Part shown: positions 54,307-64,000 of the stretch, one piece after another
How positions within the stretch are numbered: the first letter of the stretch is position 1
Layout: every line of letters begins with the position of its first letter
Assembly (NCBI GenBank): GCA_963706595.1
Contig: OY970166.1
Span: forward strand, 3,200,001-3,264,000
Direction: 5' to 3'
Source: an uncultured cyanobacterium
GTDB lineage: Bacteria; Cyanobacteriota; Cyanobacteriia; Cyanobacteriales; Nostocaceae
Length of the DNA: 64,000 nt
Position numbers and translations under genes: made by a program
The notes under the pieces: generated by a model
What the model was told of the DNA's origin: nothing
Seen by the model: the letters and a program-made list of their open reading frames with translations, nothing else
Databases searched by the model: none

Positions 54307-55116
54307 TTAGGCAGAGAATGAAGAAGTAACGATTGTCCAGAAGAAGGCGATGAGGATGGCAGCGATCGCACCAATTAATGTATTAAAAATGTTTACTACT
54401 TCATTGGTAAGCCAGTCATATTTAGATTGCAACGTTGCGCCGATGACACTTTCTAAATTGGTAGCGATAAATGCTGCTAATATGCACCAACCTATTCCGA
54501 ATAAATCTATCAAACCAACTGCCCATCCGACGCAGGCGATCGCAATTGAAGCCACCACACCGGCTAAGGTTCCCTCTAAACTCACTGCTCCCTCTGTACC
54601 ACGAGATACAGGTTGGAGTGTAGTAATCAAAAAGGTGCGTTTACCGTAGGCTTTACCCACTTCGCTCGCAGTAGTATCAGAAAGCTTCGTACTAAAACTC
54701 GCCACATAGCCTAACAACAGTAAAAACTGGAGATAAGGAACTAAAGACTCGTTACTGGGTATAACTAATCCCGAATTTAAAATACCTACACCCAACGCAC
54801 ACAAAGCCGCAGTCAGAGCCGAACCCCAAACATTTTCCGGTCCTCTAGCTCCAGAACGCTTTTCAGCAATTCCTGCTGCTTCTTTCTCTGCCATGCCAAT
54901 ACGTGTTACACCAGAACCAACCAAAAAATAGAACCCCACCACTAAATATCCTTGCCAACCCAGAGTTACCCAAATCAGTACCCCTAGAAACCAAGCGTGA
55001 AATATTCCTGCTGGAGTGAGTAGCTGTTTGGGAGCAATCCATACTAAACTCAATAAAATTGTGTTCAATCCAATTGCTACCAACCAGGGATTTGCAGAGT
55101 CAATAAAAGATAACAT
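54307..55116 (-). CDS. DUF92 / TIGR00297 family membrane protein
   Basis: RGPENVWGS, KLSDTTASEVGK and GTEGAVSLEGT motifs. Confidence 0.88.
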   Translation of the reverse strand: MLSFIDSANPWLVAIGLNTILLSLVWIAPKQLLTPAGIFHAWFLGVLIWVTLGWQGYLVVGFYFLVGSGVTRIGMAEKEAAGIAEKRSGARGPENVWGSALTAALCALGVGILNSGLVIPSNESLVPYLQFLLLLGYVASFSTKLSDTTASEVGKAYGKRTFLITTLQPVSRGTEGAVSLEGTLAGVVASIAIACVGWAVGLIDLFGIGWCILAAFIATNLESVIGATLQSKYDWLTNEVVNIFNTLIGAIAAILIAFFWTIVTSSFSA

Positions 55117-55487
55117 CAGCAATAAATCATGTGTAGTTTTGCCAGAATATCAACAGAATAACCAATTTTAGAACTGGGATGTTTAATTCCTGCCACTACC
55201 GCATTTAAAAAATGCCCAAGTTATATTCCTCTTACAAGTCCAGGAGAACAGAAACAGGGAAAACAATAAAAATAATCTTTCCCTACTTCTCCAGAGGCAA
55301 TTAACCGCTTCTCCACCCCAATTCAGGCAAACATCGTTATCAGGATATAAGAGGATGTTATTTAAAACTGTGTGCAAATTGACCGTGCCAATTTTAGATT
55401 TTGGATTTTGGATTTTGGATTTTGCTTCAAGTCCCGCCGCTATGCCCTCTGATCAATCTAAAATACTTGCACTCGCTGCGTACACTA

Positions 55488-55662
55488 AGAGGATGTTTTA
55501 AAAGTTTTGGGCGAATATAATTCGCTACTACAGAGGCCAAGTCCACCTCCGTGGACTAATGAAAAATTAAGGTTTCAAACCCACGCAGGTGGGTTTCGTT
55601 TGTGTAGCCGCGACTTCTAGTCGCCAGGGCTAGTAATAAATTAGACTTTTCAAACAACCTCT
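55488..55662. mobile_element. MITE (AGAGGATGTTTTAAAAG...CTTTTCAAACAACCTCT)
   Basis: 17-bp imperfect terminal inverted repeats with internal hairpins; lone end-like sequences at about 47941-47970 and 55350. Confidence 0.65.
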
Positions 55663-55703
55663 AAGAAAATCGCAAATATAAATTTTTATTAATAACAATA
55701 GCT

Positions 55704-56135
55704 ATGAGCCAAACTTTATTTCATCTAGCTTTTCCCGTAACTGATATTGCTCAAACTAAAGCATATTATGTTGATGCTCTCGGCTGCATCCCAGGGCGTG
55801 AAAGTCCCCAAGCGCTGATTCTGAATCTCTACGGTCATCAGTTGGTGGCACACATTACGAAGGAAACTCTATCACCCCAACGGACTATATACCCCAGACA
55901 CTTTGGACTAATTTTTATTCAGGAACATGACTGGGAGGAATTACTAGAAAAGGCACAGAAGGAAAATCTGGTTTTTCGGGAATCACCTAAAAATCGCTTT
56001 GTTGATTCTCCCTTAGAACATCGCACTTTCTTTTTAGAAGATCCTTTTTACAACTTGATGGAATTTAAATATTACTGCTACCCAGAGGCGATTTTTGGCA
56101 GTTATCAGTATAACCAAATTGGTGACGGGGCTTAA
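55704..56135 (+). CDS. VOC family (glyoxalase-like) protein
   Basis: FHLAFPV, GHQLVAH, PRHFG and DPFYNLMEFK motifs. Confidence 0.88.
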   Translation: MSQTLFHLAFPVTDIAQTKAYYVDALGCIPGRESPQALILNLYGHQLVAHITKETLSPQRTIYPRHFGLIFIQEHDWEELLEKAQKENLVFRESPKNRFVDSPLEHRTFFLEDPFYNLMEFKYYCYPEAIFGSYQYNQIGDGA

Positions 56136-56733
56136 CTGGCTCGGCTAAAGCAGATGCTACTGCTGCTAAACTCCTAGAATCTGTCAACATCCAAGAGTGC
56201 AGTACAACTGGCACTACTACTTCTTTTCCCAGTGACATTTGTGAACTATTTGCCGGAACTATCATCAAATCATAGGGTGTCCATATTGATGTAAAGTTTA
56301 ACTGTTCTAACATCTGAGCATCAGCATTTAAATCCTGGATAAATTCACTATTGCGGCGCATTTGCAAGCAGCCGTGACGTTGAGAAGCATAAGCAATTAC
56401 AGTTCCATGATGAGGTGAAGAAATGGTGACAAACCTCTGTAAACGGTTAATTCCTCCTAGCCGTTGAACATAGTAACGGCTGACAATTCCTCCCATACTG
56501 AAGCCTATCAAATCGATTGGTTCATCTGGGACAAAGGTTTTGAGGACATAATCAGCTATCTGCTGTGCCAAAATATCCAGACCAACTTCACCATTATTCG
56601 GAACGAGATTTAGGGTATACACAGACCAACCCAATTGTCTGAGATAACTCGCCATTTTCTGGAAAACGGCTTCTGTGTCGCCAATACCATGTATCAATAA
56701 CACCGAGTTACGCTGTTGGTTTTTGGTGTTCAT
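56065..56733 (-). CDS. Lipase/esterase (alpha/beta hydrolase)
   Basis: LIHG, GFSMGG nucleophile elbow and SPHHGT. Confidence 0.88.
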   Translation of the reverse strand: MNTKNQQRNSVLLIHGIGDTEAVFQKMASYLRQLGWSVYTLNLVPNNGEVGLDILAQQIADYVLKTFVPDEPIDLIGFSMGGIVSRYYVQRLGGINRLQRFVTISSPHHGTVIAYASQRHGCLQMRRNSEFIQDLNADAQMLEQLNFTSIWTPYDLMIVPANSSQMSLGKEVVVPVVLHSWMLTDSRSLAAVASALAEPVKPRHQFGYTDNCQKSPLGSSNI

Positions 56734-56890
56734 CTCCCAAGTCTGCCTGCATTTAAAGTCTGTAGGAAATTTAGCTGAATACTGTTATTGCCTGCCATTG
56801 GGCTATGACAGTTTTCCCACTGGTTAGAAAATAGGAAAATGCAATCCTCGTGAAGCTTTTTTTGATGCTAATTTTTTTTAGCTTAAACAG

Positions 56891-57352
56891 CAAGAAGCCT
56901 CTCACTTAACACGATAGCGGAAGTGATGAGATGAATTGCGCGTGAATTGACGACAGTCTCCCGACCAATGCGACAGCGAGGAAGGGAGACACGGAGGAAA
57001 CGAGCAAAATATTTTAAATTTGGTATAATCGATTTGGTTGACTTCACCCATATTGGTGTCTGATAAGCCTCTGTCCAATAGCATTACGATTATTGGTAAG
57101 CGACTCCGTTGCACAGCATAGAAGCAAGTAGGCACATCTTGATTAATACAGATCACCTCCGGGTTTGTCCTATAGCGCGAATCAGCCAGCATCTCATCCA
57201 GGACAGTAAAATTTGTAGGGTACAAGGTAAGAAATTGCATAGTCTGCGGAGGGGCTTCTCGTGGACTTAAAACAAAGCTCAGTCAATGTCTTCATAGAAG
57301 AGTCGCTGAGAAGCCTACACTGTATGCTTGCATCAGTGTAGGAGTATGTCAC
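56891..57352 (+). mobile_element. Non-autonomous IS200/IS605 derivative with both ends and no tnpA/tnpB
   Basis: Left end CAAGAAGCC plus TCACTT/AAGTGA hairpin; right end AAGCCTACACTG...CAGTGTAGGAGTATGTCAC; internal TGGTATAAT. Confidence 0.7.
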
Positions 57353-57645
57353 GCAGTCTGTGTTATCTGAACCAAAAAATGTTAAGTTTGATTAAGCATT
57401 CTTTGAGAATCTTGCTCTTAGCCACCATAAAATTTAATAATTAATTCTTGATATCTACCAGTTGCGAGTGCTTCTGCACTAAAGAGTTAAGACTATTTGA
57501 CCTGTAGTTTTACTACAATGTTAATTAAGTAGATAATTATAAGCTTTGTCACCCCAATGGCATAGTTGTTGCAAAGAAATGTAATATACTGCCTGCGATT
57601 TTTTTACACCACGATCAAAGATATATAAAGACGGGAGAAATTTTC

Positions 57646-58104
57646 ATGTTCGGTTTTATCAAAAAGTTAATCACTGGTATTTTGGGTTTCCTCACTGGGT
57701 TGTTACCTGGTAAAAAAGGCAATGGCTACTACTTGCAGTTAGATGAACCGACATCGGAGAAAGCACCAGAGGTGTCTCCAGCAGCTACAGCTACAGCGAA
57801 TGGTACAAAGGCTGCGGCATCAGTAGCAGTAAAGCCAGCAGATGCGCTTACTACTCAAAACAATGCATCCACTGCGACAAAAGCTCCCAAAGTAGAAGCA
57901 TCAAAAAATGGCAAAGCGCCTAAAGCTGAACCCGTCGCAGCGCCAGCCGCAATGTCCAATGGGACAAAACCAGCACCTGCTGAAACTACATTTGCACCTA
58001 AATATCTTGCGCCATCAGGTTCTAGCTCTAATGTTCGTCGTCGTCCAGGTGCGAACATGAGTTCTTACCTAGATATGGCTAGTAAAATGAAAACTTCTAA
58101 CTAA
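57646..58104 (+). CDS. Ala/Pro/Lys-rich hypothetical protein
   Basis: RBS GGAG, amphipathic N-terminus and FAPKYL...RRRPGANM..YLDMA tail. Confidence 0.7.
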   Translation: MFGFIKKLITGILGFLTGLLPGKKGNGYYLQLDEPTSEKAPEVSPAATATANGTKAAASVAVKPADALTTQNNASTATKAPKVEASKNGKAPKAEPVAAPAAMSNGTKPAPAETTFAPKYLAPSGSSSNVRRRPGANMSSYLDMASKMKTSN

Positions 58105-58111
58105 GTTAGGT

Positions 58112-59176
58112 TTAGTTCATAAATACCAAGCCACTATATAAATGAAACGCTGGGTCCCAATTGGTCTTTTCCCTCCGAAATAGGTGAATGTAAGACTGAA
58201 TGTTGCCCAGCATTTCTGTGTGATCTAATGCTGTTTGTGCGAAGGGTGTAAAATTTGACCACGTTTTAACTTGTGGTATCTGTGGCGAAATCCATTTTAC
58301 TAAGCTCTGCCAATTAATTGTGATGGTATTTTGGCTAGCTTGAACAGCAATTTCTACACCTTTCTGGAATTCATAACCATGATCATAAAGTCGGAGAATA
58401 GAATTTCTACTGGGTAGATGTAAATCACAAAATTGAGCATAGTCTTGGGTTTTGGTTTTCCGTGTTAATTTACGGCTGCTGTCAACGTCTATAACTTGCT
58501 CAAAAATGGGTAACAGTCCGACTACTCTGGCTGTGATTTCTGACCAGTCAAATGTTAGGGAACCTAGTTGATTTTCTCGGTTGCGACAAACAACAGTAGG
58601 TTTGGGGTCAGATGCTGAAAAATGTTTGACCTGAAAAACTTGAATTTGCTGTATTGCAGCTATGGTTGTCCAGAAGCAAGGAACCCCAGCCTGCTGTAGC
58701 TGTTGACCGTAAAATTGGAGTTCTCCTATTTGTCCAGTTCGATATAATCTCCAACCGCGACTTGGTAGCACTAGCCTGGCCGTGTAGGGGTCTAGCTGCA
58801 TAATTTGAGCAAATTTTGGCGCGGCGATAGTTTTCAGTTCTGTGGCTAAAGGTTCTAATACTAATACGCCAGGTTCAGCATGACTGGGTTCGGATGTGGC
58901 TTGAGATATGGCGCGTTGTCTTTCTTCTTGGTCAATTTCTTGGAGTCGTTGCAAACCTTGGCGGGCTTGGTTGACTATTTTGGTGTTGGTTGTAGTCTGT
59001 AGCAGTTGGCGATAAATTTTCTCGGCTTCCTGGCGCTTTCCAGATACTTGATGCAGCTGTCCTAAATAAAATTGCACCCAAGGATTTTCCGGTGTTTCTT
59101 TTAATAGCTGTTTGAGGAGTTTGGCAGCTGTGTGATAATCTTTACGCTCAAAGGCAGTTGCAATTTGTTTAATCAT
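58112..59176 (-). CDS. TPR-repeat protein
   Basis: N-terminal TPR pattern (PENPWVQFYLGQL). Confidence 0.75.
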   Translation of the reverse strand: MIKQIATAFERKDYHTAAKLLKQLLKETPENPWVQFYLGQLHQVSGKRQEAEKIYRQLLQTTTNTKIVNQARQGLQRLQEIDQEERQRAISQATSEPSHAEPGVLVLEPLATELKTIAAPKFAQIMQLDPYTARLVLPSRGWRLYRTGQIGELQFYGQQLQQAGVPCFWTTIAAIQQIQVFQVKHFSASDPKPTVVCRNRENQLGSLTFDWSEITARVVGLLPIFEQVIDVDSSRKLTRKTKTQDYAQFCDLHLPSRNSILRLYDHGYEFQKGVEIAVQASQNTITINWQSLVKWISPQIPQVKTWSNFTPFAQTALDHTEMLGNIQSYIHLFRREKTNWDPAFHLYSGLVFMN

Positions 59177-59275
59177 TTTATAATTCGTAATTCATAATTC
59201 GTAATTAAGAGGGTAGAAGTTTACCCTGATTGCAACTACGAATTATTTTGAATAAGAAAGATATTCCTAAATTAT

Positions 59276-59983
59276 TTATACTTCAAAAGTTGCGGAAATT
59301 AGGGTTAAGGCTACTACTGGCGCTGTAACTGCGCGCAAGATCCGCCGACCCAGGGATACTGGTTGAAATCCAGTTGCGATCGCATTCTCAATTTCTGCTT
59401 CTGTCCAGCCTCCTTCTGGTCCTGTAGCAATGACAATTTCTGAACTGTCAGATTTAAGCAAACTGTTTAAATGGGGATAATCTCCACGTCCTTCACAAAT
59501 ATAACGGTGATTTGCTTGACTAGAGGTAATCGCCGTACTAAAAGCTACAGGTTCTAATATTGTGGGTACAAAAGCCCGTTCTGATTGTTCGGCGGCTTCT
59601 GTGGCTATACGTCGCCAGCGTTCGAGTTTTTGCGGACTGGGATTTAGTAAGGTGCGATCGCTCAATACCGGGGCAATACAAGTTACACCCAATTCTGTAC
59701 AATAACGGACTATTTCATCGAATCCATTACCTTTGGGTAAGGCTACCATGAGCGTAACTGCTACAGGTAATTCTGTTTCTACGCTCAGTGTTTCTAACAC
59801 CTGGGCTTGTTCTGCTTCTAACTGCGCTAACCACCATTTTCCTTGACCATCCATTGCAATGAAGCGATCGCCTGCATTTAAGCGCAACACTCTTCTGAGA
59901 TAATGTTGTTGCTCTTTTGTCAAGGTAATCAGAGTTTCTTGAATTTGAGAGGGTGCGATCGCAATTCGTTGTAGTTGCGCCAT
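59276..59983 (-). CDS. rsmE: 16S rRNA m3U1498 methyltransferase
   Basis: HYLRRVLR, TELGV, EAAEQS, GPEGG and LGRRILRAVTA motifs. Confidence 0.95.
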   Translation of the reverse strand: MAQLQRIAIAPSQIQETLITLTKEQQHYLRRVLRLNAGDRFIAMDGQGKWWLAQLEAEQAQVLETLSVETELPVAVTLMVALPKGNGFDEIVRYCTELGVTCIAPVLSDRTLLNPSPQKLERWRRIATEAAEQSERAFVPTILEPVAFSTAITSSQANHRYICEGRGDYPHLNSLLKSDSSEIVIATGPEGGWTEAEIENAIATGFQPVSLGRRILRAVTAPVVALTLISATFEV

Positions 59984-59986
59984 GTT

Positions 59987-60136
59987 AGGGACTTCCAATT
60001 AAAAAAACATTCCATCGCTGAGGTAGGCAGGGGAGCAGGGAGCAGGCTTGCCGTGAGCGTAGCCGAACGGGAGCAGGGGGGATAAAAAACAAATATGGTC
60101 TGATGAAATGGGGCAATTTATTTTCTGGAAATCCCT
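59987..60136. mobile_element. MITE with AGGGACTTCCA-type ends, 3 nt upstream of the rsmE start
   Basis: AGGGACTTCCAATTAAAAAA...TTTATTTTCTGGAAATCCCT; interior STRR array interrupted by a short dispersed repeat. Confidence 0.65.
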
Positions 60137-60235
60137 TAATTATCTGAAACTGAAGCTGTAAACAGCATAAAATTCAACCTACTCTCTATTAAAAGTAATG
60201 GAGAATAGGTTGAAAATTAAGTACAAACTTCTGAT

Positions 60236-62155
60236 TTACGGCAGATTCTGGAAGTAAGCGTCTAACGCTTCATTTACCAACTCAGTCATTGGTCTATCTT
60301 GGCTAGTGGCGGCTTCTTTCAGCTTGAGATATACTTCATCCTTAATACTGATGCGATGGCGAGATTTACTGGCAGCAGTGGTAGTCGGGGGTTGGTAAGT
60401 AGCAGCAAATTCACGTAGGGCATCAAAACCCAGGCGATCGCAAAAATCCCCAAAGCTTTCCTCATATTCCCGAAAATTCTTGAAGTAAACGAAAATCGGC
60501 TCTAAAAAGCTTTCTATGTCGTTATGGTGTAGCTTCTCTATATAAGGTTGAGCCAATCGCGTCTGAGCCGGCGAACCTCCCAGCCAAACTTGGTAAGATT
60601 CAGGAGCGCTACCCACAAAACCTAATTCTGCCATGTAGGGACGAGCGCAACCGTTGGGGCAGCCTGTCATCCTTACCACAAAATGTTCTTTTTGTAAACC
60701 CAATTTATCCAATAGGGTGCGAATTCGTTCTAAAATACCTGGAATTGCCCGTTCTGATTCGGTGATAGCTAAACCGCAGGTGGGTAAAGCCGGACAAGCC
60801 ATTGCATACCGGACTAGAGGTTCGATGGTTTCAGGGTCATCAACGATACCGCAACTTTGTAAAATTTCCTGAATGGCTGACTTATTTTCTGGCGCAATGT
60901 CGTAAAAAATGATGTTGTGGTGGGGTGTCAAGCGCATGGGTAAGTTAAATTGCTCAACCACTTTCCGCAAGGCAGTTTTCAGTTGAAAGGAACCTTCATC
61001 TTTAACTCGACCATTATCAACGGAAATGCCTAAAAATAGCTTGCCATCACCTTGTTCATTCCAACCGAGGAAATCGTAATATTTAAACTCTGGTAGTGGT
61101 TGGAAGGGTGCGACTGGTTTACCGAAATAATCTTCAACTTGGGTGCGGAACTTATCTACACCCCATTCGTTAATTAAATATTTTAATCTGGCATGACGAC
61201 GGTCTGTGCGATCGCCATAATCTCTTTGAGTGGCAACAATTGCTTTAACTAGCTGGTAGACATCATCTTTGTCCACATAGCAAATCTCGTCGGCTATTCT
61301 GGCAAAGGTTTCTTCCTTATTGTGTGTCCTGCCAAAACCGCCCCCAGCAAACACATTAAATCCTGCTAATTCTCCCTGCGGATTGGTAATTACTACCAAA
61401 GTCAAGTCTTGGGAATATAAATCTACAGAATTATCACCAGGTACAGTCACAGAAACTTTAAATTTACGGGGCATATAATGAGTCCCATAAATCGGTTCTT
61501 CGTTATCGTGGATAATTGTACCGGTGCCATTACGCTGTCTGGCGGCTTTAACTTCTGGGCTTTCTTCCGCGCTAATGACTTTTTCCCCGTCTAACCAAAT
61601 TTCGTAATATGCCCCGGTTTGCGGTGTGAGTAAGTCAGCGATATTATTGGCATATTCCCAGGCGTACTGGTAATCTCGGCGATTCTTAAAAGGGGCTGGT
61701 GGAGCCATGACGTTACGGTTGAGGTCTCCGCAAGCGCCCAAGGTGGAACCCATATTTTTAACTATAGAGGCGATCGCCGCTTTCAGATTCTTTTTTAAAA
61801 TCCCATGTAGCTGAAAACCTTGACGCGTAGTAACTCGTAAAGTGTGGTTTCCGTGTTCATCAGATAAATTATCTAAAGCCAGATACAACTCCGGCGGTAC
61901 AAACCCACCAGGATTTCTTGTCCGCAGCATAAACTGATAATCTTTCTCCTGTCCCTTGACACGGTTATCGCGGTTATCTTGCTGGTAGGAACCATGAAAT
62001 TTGAGAAGTTGTACAGCTTCTTCGCTAAAATGAGTTGTATCTTCAAGGATTTGCGTAGCTACAGGTTCGCGTAAAAAATTACTTCTTTCCTTGATACCTT
62101 CTACTTTAGAAGGCTGATCACGATTGGCAATGGGAGCAGGAGCAGATTTAACCAT
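60236..62155 (-). CDS. sir: Ferredoxin-dependent sulfite reductase
   Basis: [27 protein letters not shown] and TGCPNGC siroheme/4Fe-4S motifs. Confidence 0.96.
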   Translation of the reverse strand: MVKSAPAPIANRDQPSKVEGIKERSNFLREPVATQILEDTTHFSEEAVQLLKFHGSYQQDNRDNRVKGQEKDYQFMLRTRNPGGFVPPELYLALDNLSDEHGNHTLRVTTRQGFQLHGILKKNLKAAIASIVKNMGSTLGACGDLNRNVMAPPAPFKNRRDYQYAWEYANNIADLLTPQTGAYYEIWLDGEKVISAEESPEVKAARQRNGTGTIIHDNEEPIYGTHYMPRKFKVSVTVPGDNSVDLYSQDLTLVVITNPQGELAGFNVFAGGGFGRTHNKEETFARIADEICYVDKDDVYQLVKAIVATQRDYGDRTDRRHARLKYLINEWGVDKFRTQVEDYFGKPVAPFQPLPEFKYYDFLGWNEQGDGKLFLGISVDNGRVKDEGSFQLKTALRKVVEQFNLPMRLTPHHNIIFYDIAPENKSAIQEILQSCGIVDDPETIEPLVRYAMACPALPTCGLAITESERAIPGILERIRTLLDKLGLQKEHFVVRMTGCPNGCARPYMAELGFVGSAPESYQVWLGGSPAQTRLAQPYIEKLHHNDIESFLEPIFVYFKNFREYEESFGDFCDRLGFDALREFAATYQPPTTTAASKSRHRISIKDEVYLKLKEAATSQDRPMTELVNEALDAYFQNLP

Positions 62156-62422
62156 CAGAATTGTTATAGTATTCTCAATAAGGCATCGGTCAACGCCGAA
62201 GCATTTTTTCGGCTGTGTGATTCCCGGTAATCCGGTCGGAGATAAGAGGAATCATCTAATTTTAACACGCCAAAAAGCCGACTTTATCAGTGATTTAACA
62301 CTTCAAAAAATCGGCTGTTTGTAGAGACGCGATTTATCGCGTCTACAATAAATTCTGATATCTGAGCGGTTAATTCCCCACTCCCCACTCCCCACTCCCC
62401 ACTCCCCACTCCCCCGAAGAAG

Positions 62423-64000
62423 CTATCCATTACCCACATCTTTCTTAACATGGCTGTAAAGCAGACTGTGTGGGGATGACATAGCTTCCATGAGAGGGGA
62501 TGGTTGACAAACTAGACAAAACATGAAAATGAATATATCTATATTGGGATGCGATCGTTAACCAGAAACATCAGATGGGGAGTGGGAATGGAGAAGTTTC
62601 CAGGTAGCGGCGATATCGTGTAATCGCCGTAAACCCCGCCAAATAGTTTTAACTCCCGGCTCACCATCTCCCTTGCGAGCCAGAAAGCCGCCGAGAGTGG
62701 CAATCATTCGCACCGCTTCTCGTAAAGATGGAGGTTTTTTTGGTGGGGTGGGATTTTTGTTGACAGTGGCACATAAAGATTGCCATTCATCAGTTTCTAA
62801 AACAGCATCAGAGGATAAATCAGGGTGAACTCGTGAGGAGTAAGTTAGCCATAATAAACGCCAAGCGACAACAGAATAAGTGGCTAGTGCCATATTGATG
62901 CGGTCAGCAGTGGACAATTGTAATTGTTCAATTCTACACCCACTCTTTAGAGTGTAATGATAGCGTTCTATCAACCAACGATAGGTGTACCATTGCACAC
63001 AACGCGCGGCATCTTCTAAGTTATGAATCTCAAGGCTGGTGAGCAATAACCAACTAATAGGATTGACTCCGGGTGGTGGATGATCTTCTGATGCCAGAAT
63101 TACTTGTAACTTGACAGGTTTTAGCTGTGAACGCCCGATGTGATGTAATGGGACTTGGATATCAACACTAGTGAATCGAATTGTAAGTATCGCTTTTCTA
63201 GCACTATGTTCTGGACTGCGTTTGACCTCTGCTGTCAGTGTTCCATTGGGTTCAATTTGGCGGATTGCAAGATGTAGATATTTCGCACAATGGTCAACTT
63301 TGCGGTTGTGAGTCCCACGAATTAACAAATGGGAATTTTCTGAACGTTTGAGATTAAATAAGTCAAATATGTCTGCTTCTGAGTCACCTATTGTCACCAC
63401 TTGAATCTCTGATGGGACTGAGCTTTGTGTGACTTCTAATCCATCTAACCAGCGCTGACTTTCTTTTAAAAGTGTTTCCCTTTGACGACGTTTTTTCGCT
63501 ATGCCCAAATTTTCAGGTGGTCTAGCCCATACCTGCTGTTCAATAATTCCTAACGGCACTCCATTACTTGTGGCAGCAAATGTTGAATGTACTTTCAATC
63601 CTGATGATTGACGATGGTCAAGATAACCCACACCTTTAGTTTTGGGGTGGTCTGTTAAATCTATGTTTGTTGTGTCTTGAATCGCTAAGACTATTTGATG
63701 TTCTTTGATTCTTTCGATTGTGCTATTTATATGCCCTTGACGAATTTCACTGGCGGGAAAATATGGTGATTTCCAAAAGTTATATGCCGCTTTGGTTGCT
63801 GCCATATTTCCGCTCGCTTGTGGTACGCTGCTATCCGGCTGTGCGGCTAAGTCCTCTACTATCTTGATTAACCGCTTGTTTCGACGAAGGTCTCCTAGGT
63901 CTACCCCAGACAGTTCCTTGGCTGCCCACTTTTCCATGATTCCATTACCCGATTCTGTTCTCTCCACACTATACTTAGCAAGCTTTTTCCCTTTATATTA
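62423..64000 (-). mobile_element. IS4-family (IS50/Tn5-like) insertion sequence, other end beyond the window
   Basis: Candidate terminal repeat CTATCCATTACCCACATC at 62423; partner repeat not visible. Confidence 0.6.
62558..63967 (-). CDS. IS4-family Tn5-like transposase
   Basis: LGDLRRNKRL, IQDTT, GDSEADI, YTYRWLIERYHYTLKSGC (YREK) and GEPGVKTIWRG motifs. Confidence 0.93.
   Translation of the reverse strand: MERTESGNGIMEKWAAKELSGVDLGDLRRNKRLIKIVEDLAAQPDSSVPQASGNMAATKAAYNFWKSPYFPASEIRQGHINSTIERIKEHQIVLAIQDTTNIDLTDHPKTKGVGYLDHRQSSGLKVHSTFAATSNGVPLGIIEQQVWARPPENLGIAKKRRQRETLLKESQRWLDGLEVTQSSVPSEIQVVTIGDSEADIFDLFNLKRSENSHLLIRGTHNRKVDHCAKYLHLAIRQIEPNGTLTAEVKRSPEHSARKAILTIRFTSVDIQVPLHHIGRSQLKPVKLQVILASEDHPPPGVNPISWLLLTSLEIHNLEDAARCVQWYTYRWLIERYHYTLKSGCRIEQLQLSTADRINMALATYSVVAWRLLWLTYSSRVHPDLSSDAVLETDEWQSLCATVNKNPTPPKKPPSLREAVRMIATLGGFLARKGDGEPGVKTIWRGLRRLHDIAATWKLLHSHSPSDVSG

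Noticed and set aside
56902..57240. 112-aa minus-strand ORF
   Set aside because: Lies within the IS remnant with no HUH or RuvC motifs
57503..57517. TGTAGTTTTACTACA as an NtcA box
   Set aside because: Spacer is N7 rather than N8; may bind another factor but this is unsupported
62165..62255. Possible SAM riboswitch upstream of sir
   Set aside because: It begins with CTTATC on the minus strand, but the SAM-I core (AGAG/GAGGGA, GCAACC, GTGC, closing GAT) is not present
2902..62324. Numerous 60-126 aa ORFs overlapping confident genes or repeats (for example 2902-3186, 9308-9577, 36830-37210, 55183-55377, 62124-62324)
   Set aside because: Alternate-frame or antisense shadows with no motif or RBS support

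Overview
A 64 kb chromosomal segment from a heterocyst-forming cyanobacterium (Nostocales), judged from frequent HIP1 octamers (GCGATCGC), STRR heptamer arrays, xisHI and a hetC-hetP locus. Most of it is core genome: bioU, pilB-pilT-pilC, grpE-dnaK-dnaJ-tusA-rsgA, a GH57 enzyme, rsmG, icd, gun4, mtnA, dxs, rpiA, a GH116 enzyme, hetC, hetP, a PPIase plus HlyB-type exporter, rsmE and sir. Mobile and accessory DNA is scattered through it: two intact tnpB genes (an IS605-type element that splits a dnaJ/tusA TAATG overlap, and an IS607-like element carrying an unannotated ribbon-helix-helix gene in place of tnpA), two tnpB-less IS200/IS605 remnants that keep omegaRNA-like right ends, an IS4/Tn5-type transposase, and many MITEs, REP-like palindromes and 24-nt dispersed repeats. 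One 24-nt repeat sits in frame inside a TnpB zinc finger. The best candidates for uncharacterised biology are a coupled pair of RelE-fold-like genes with no evident antitoxin, a HEPN (RxxxxH) gene missed by the ORF track next to xisHI, the RHH-TnpB module, a C-terminal RHH-like domain on sulfite reductase, and a hetC whose C39 catalytic Cys is replaced by Ser. pilC and grpE each carry a single-base frameshift that may be an assembly error. No CRISPR array, tRNA or rRNA was seen. All calls come from reading the sequence by eye; no database searches were run.
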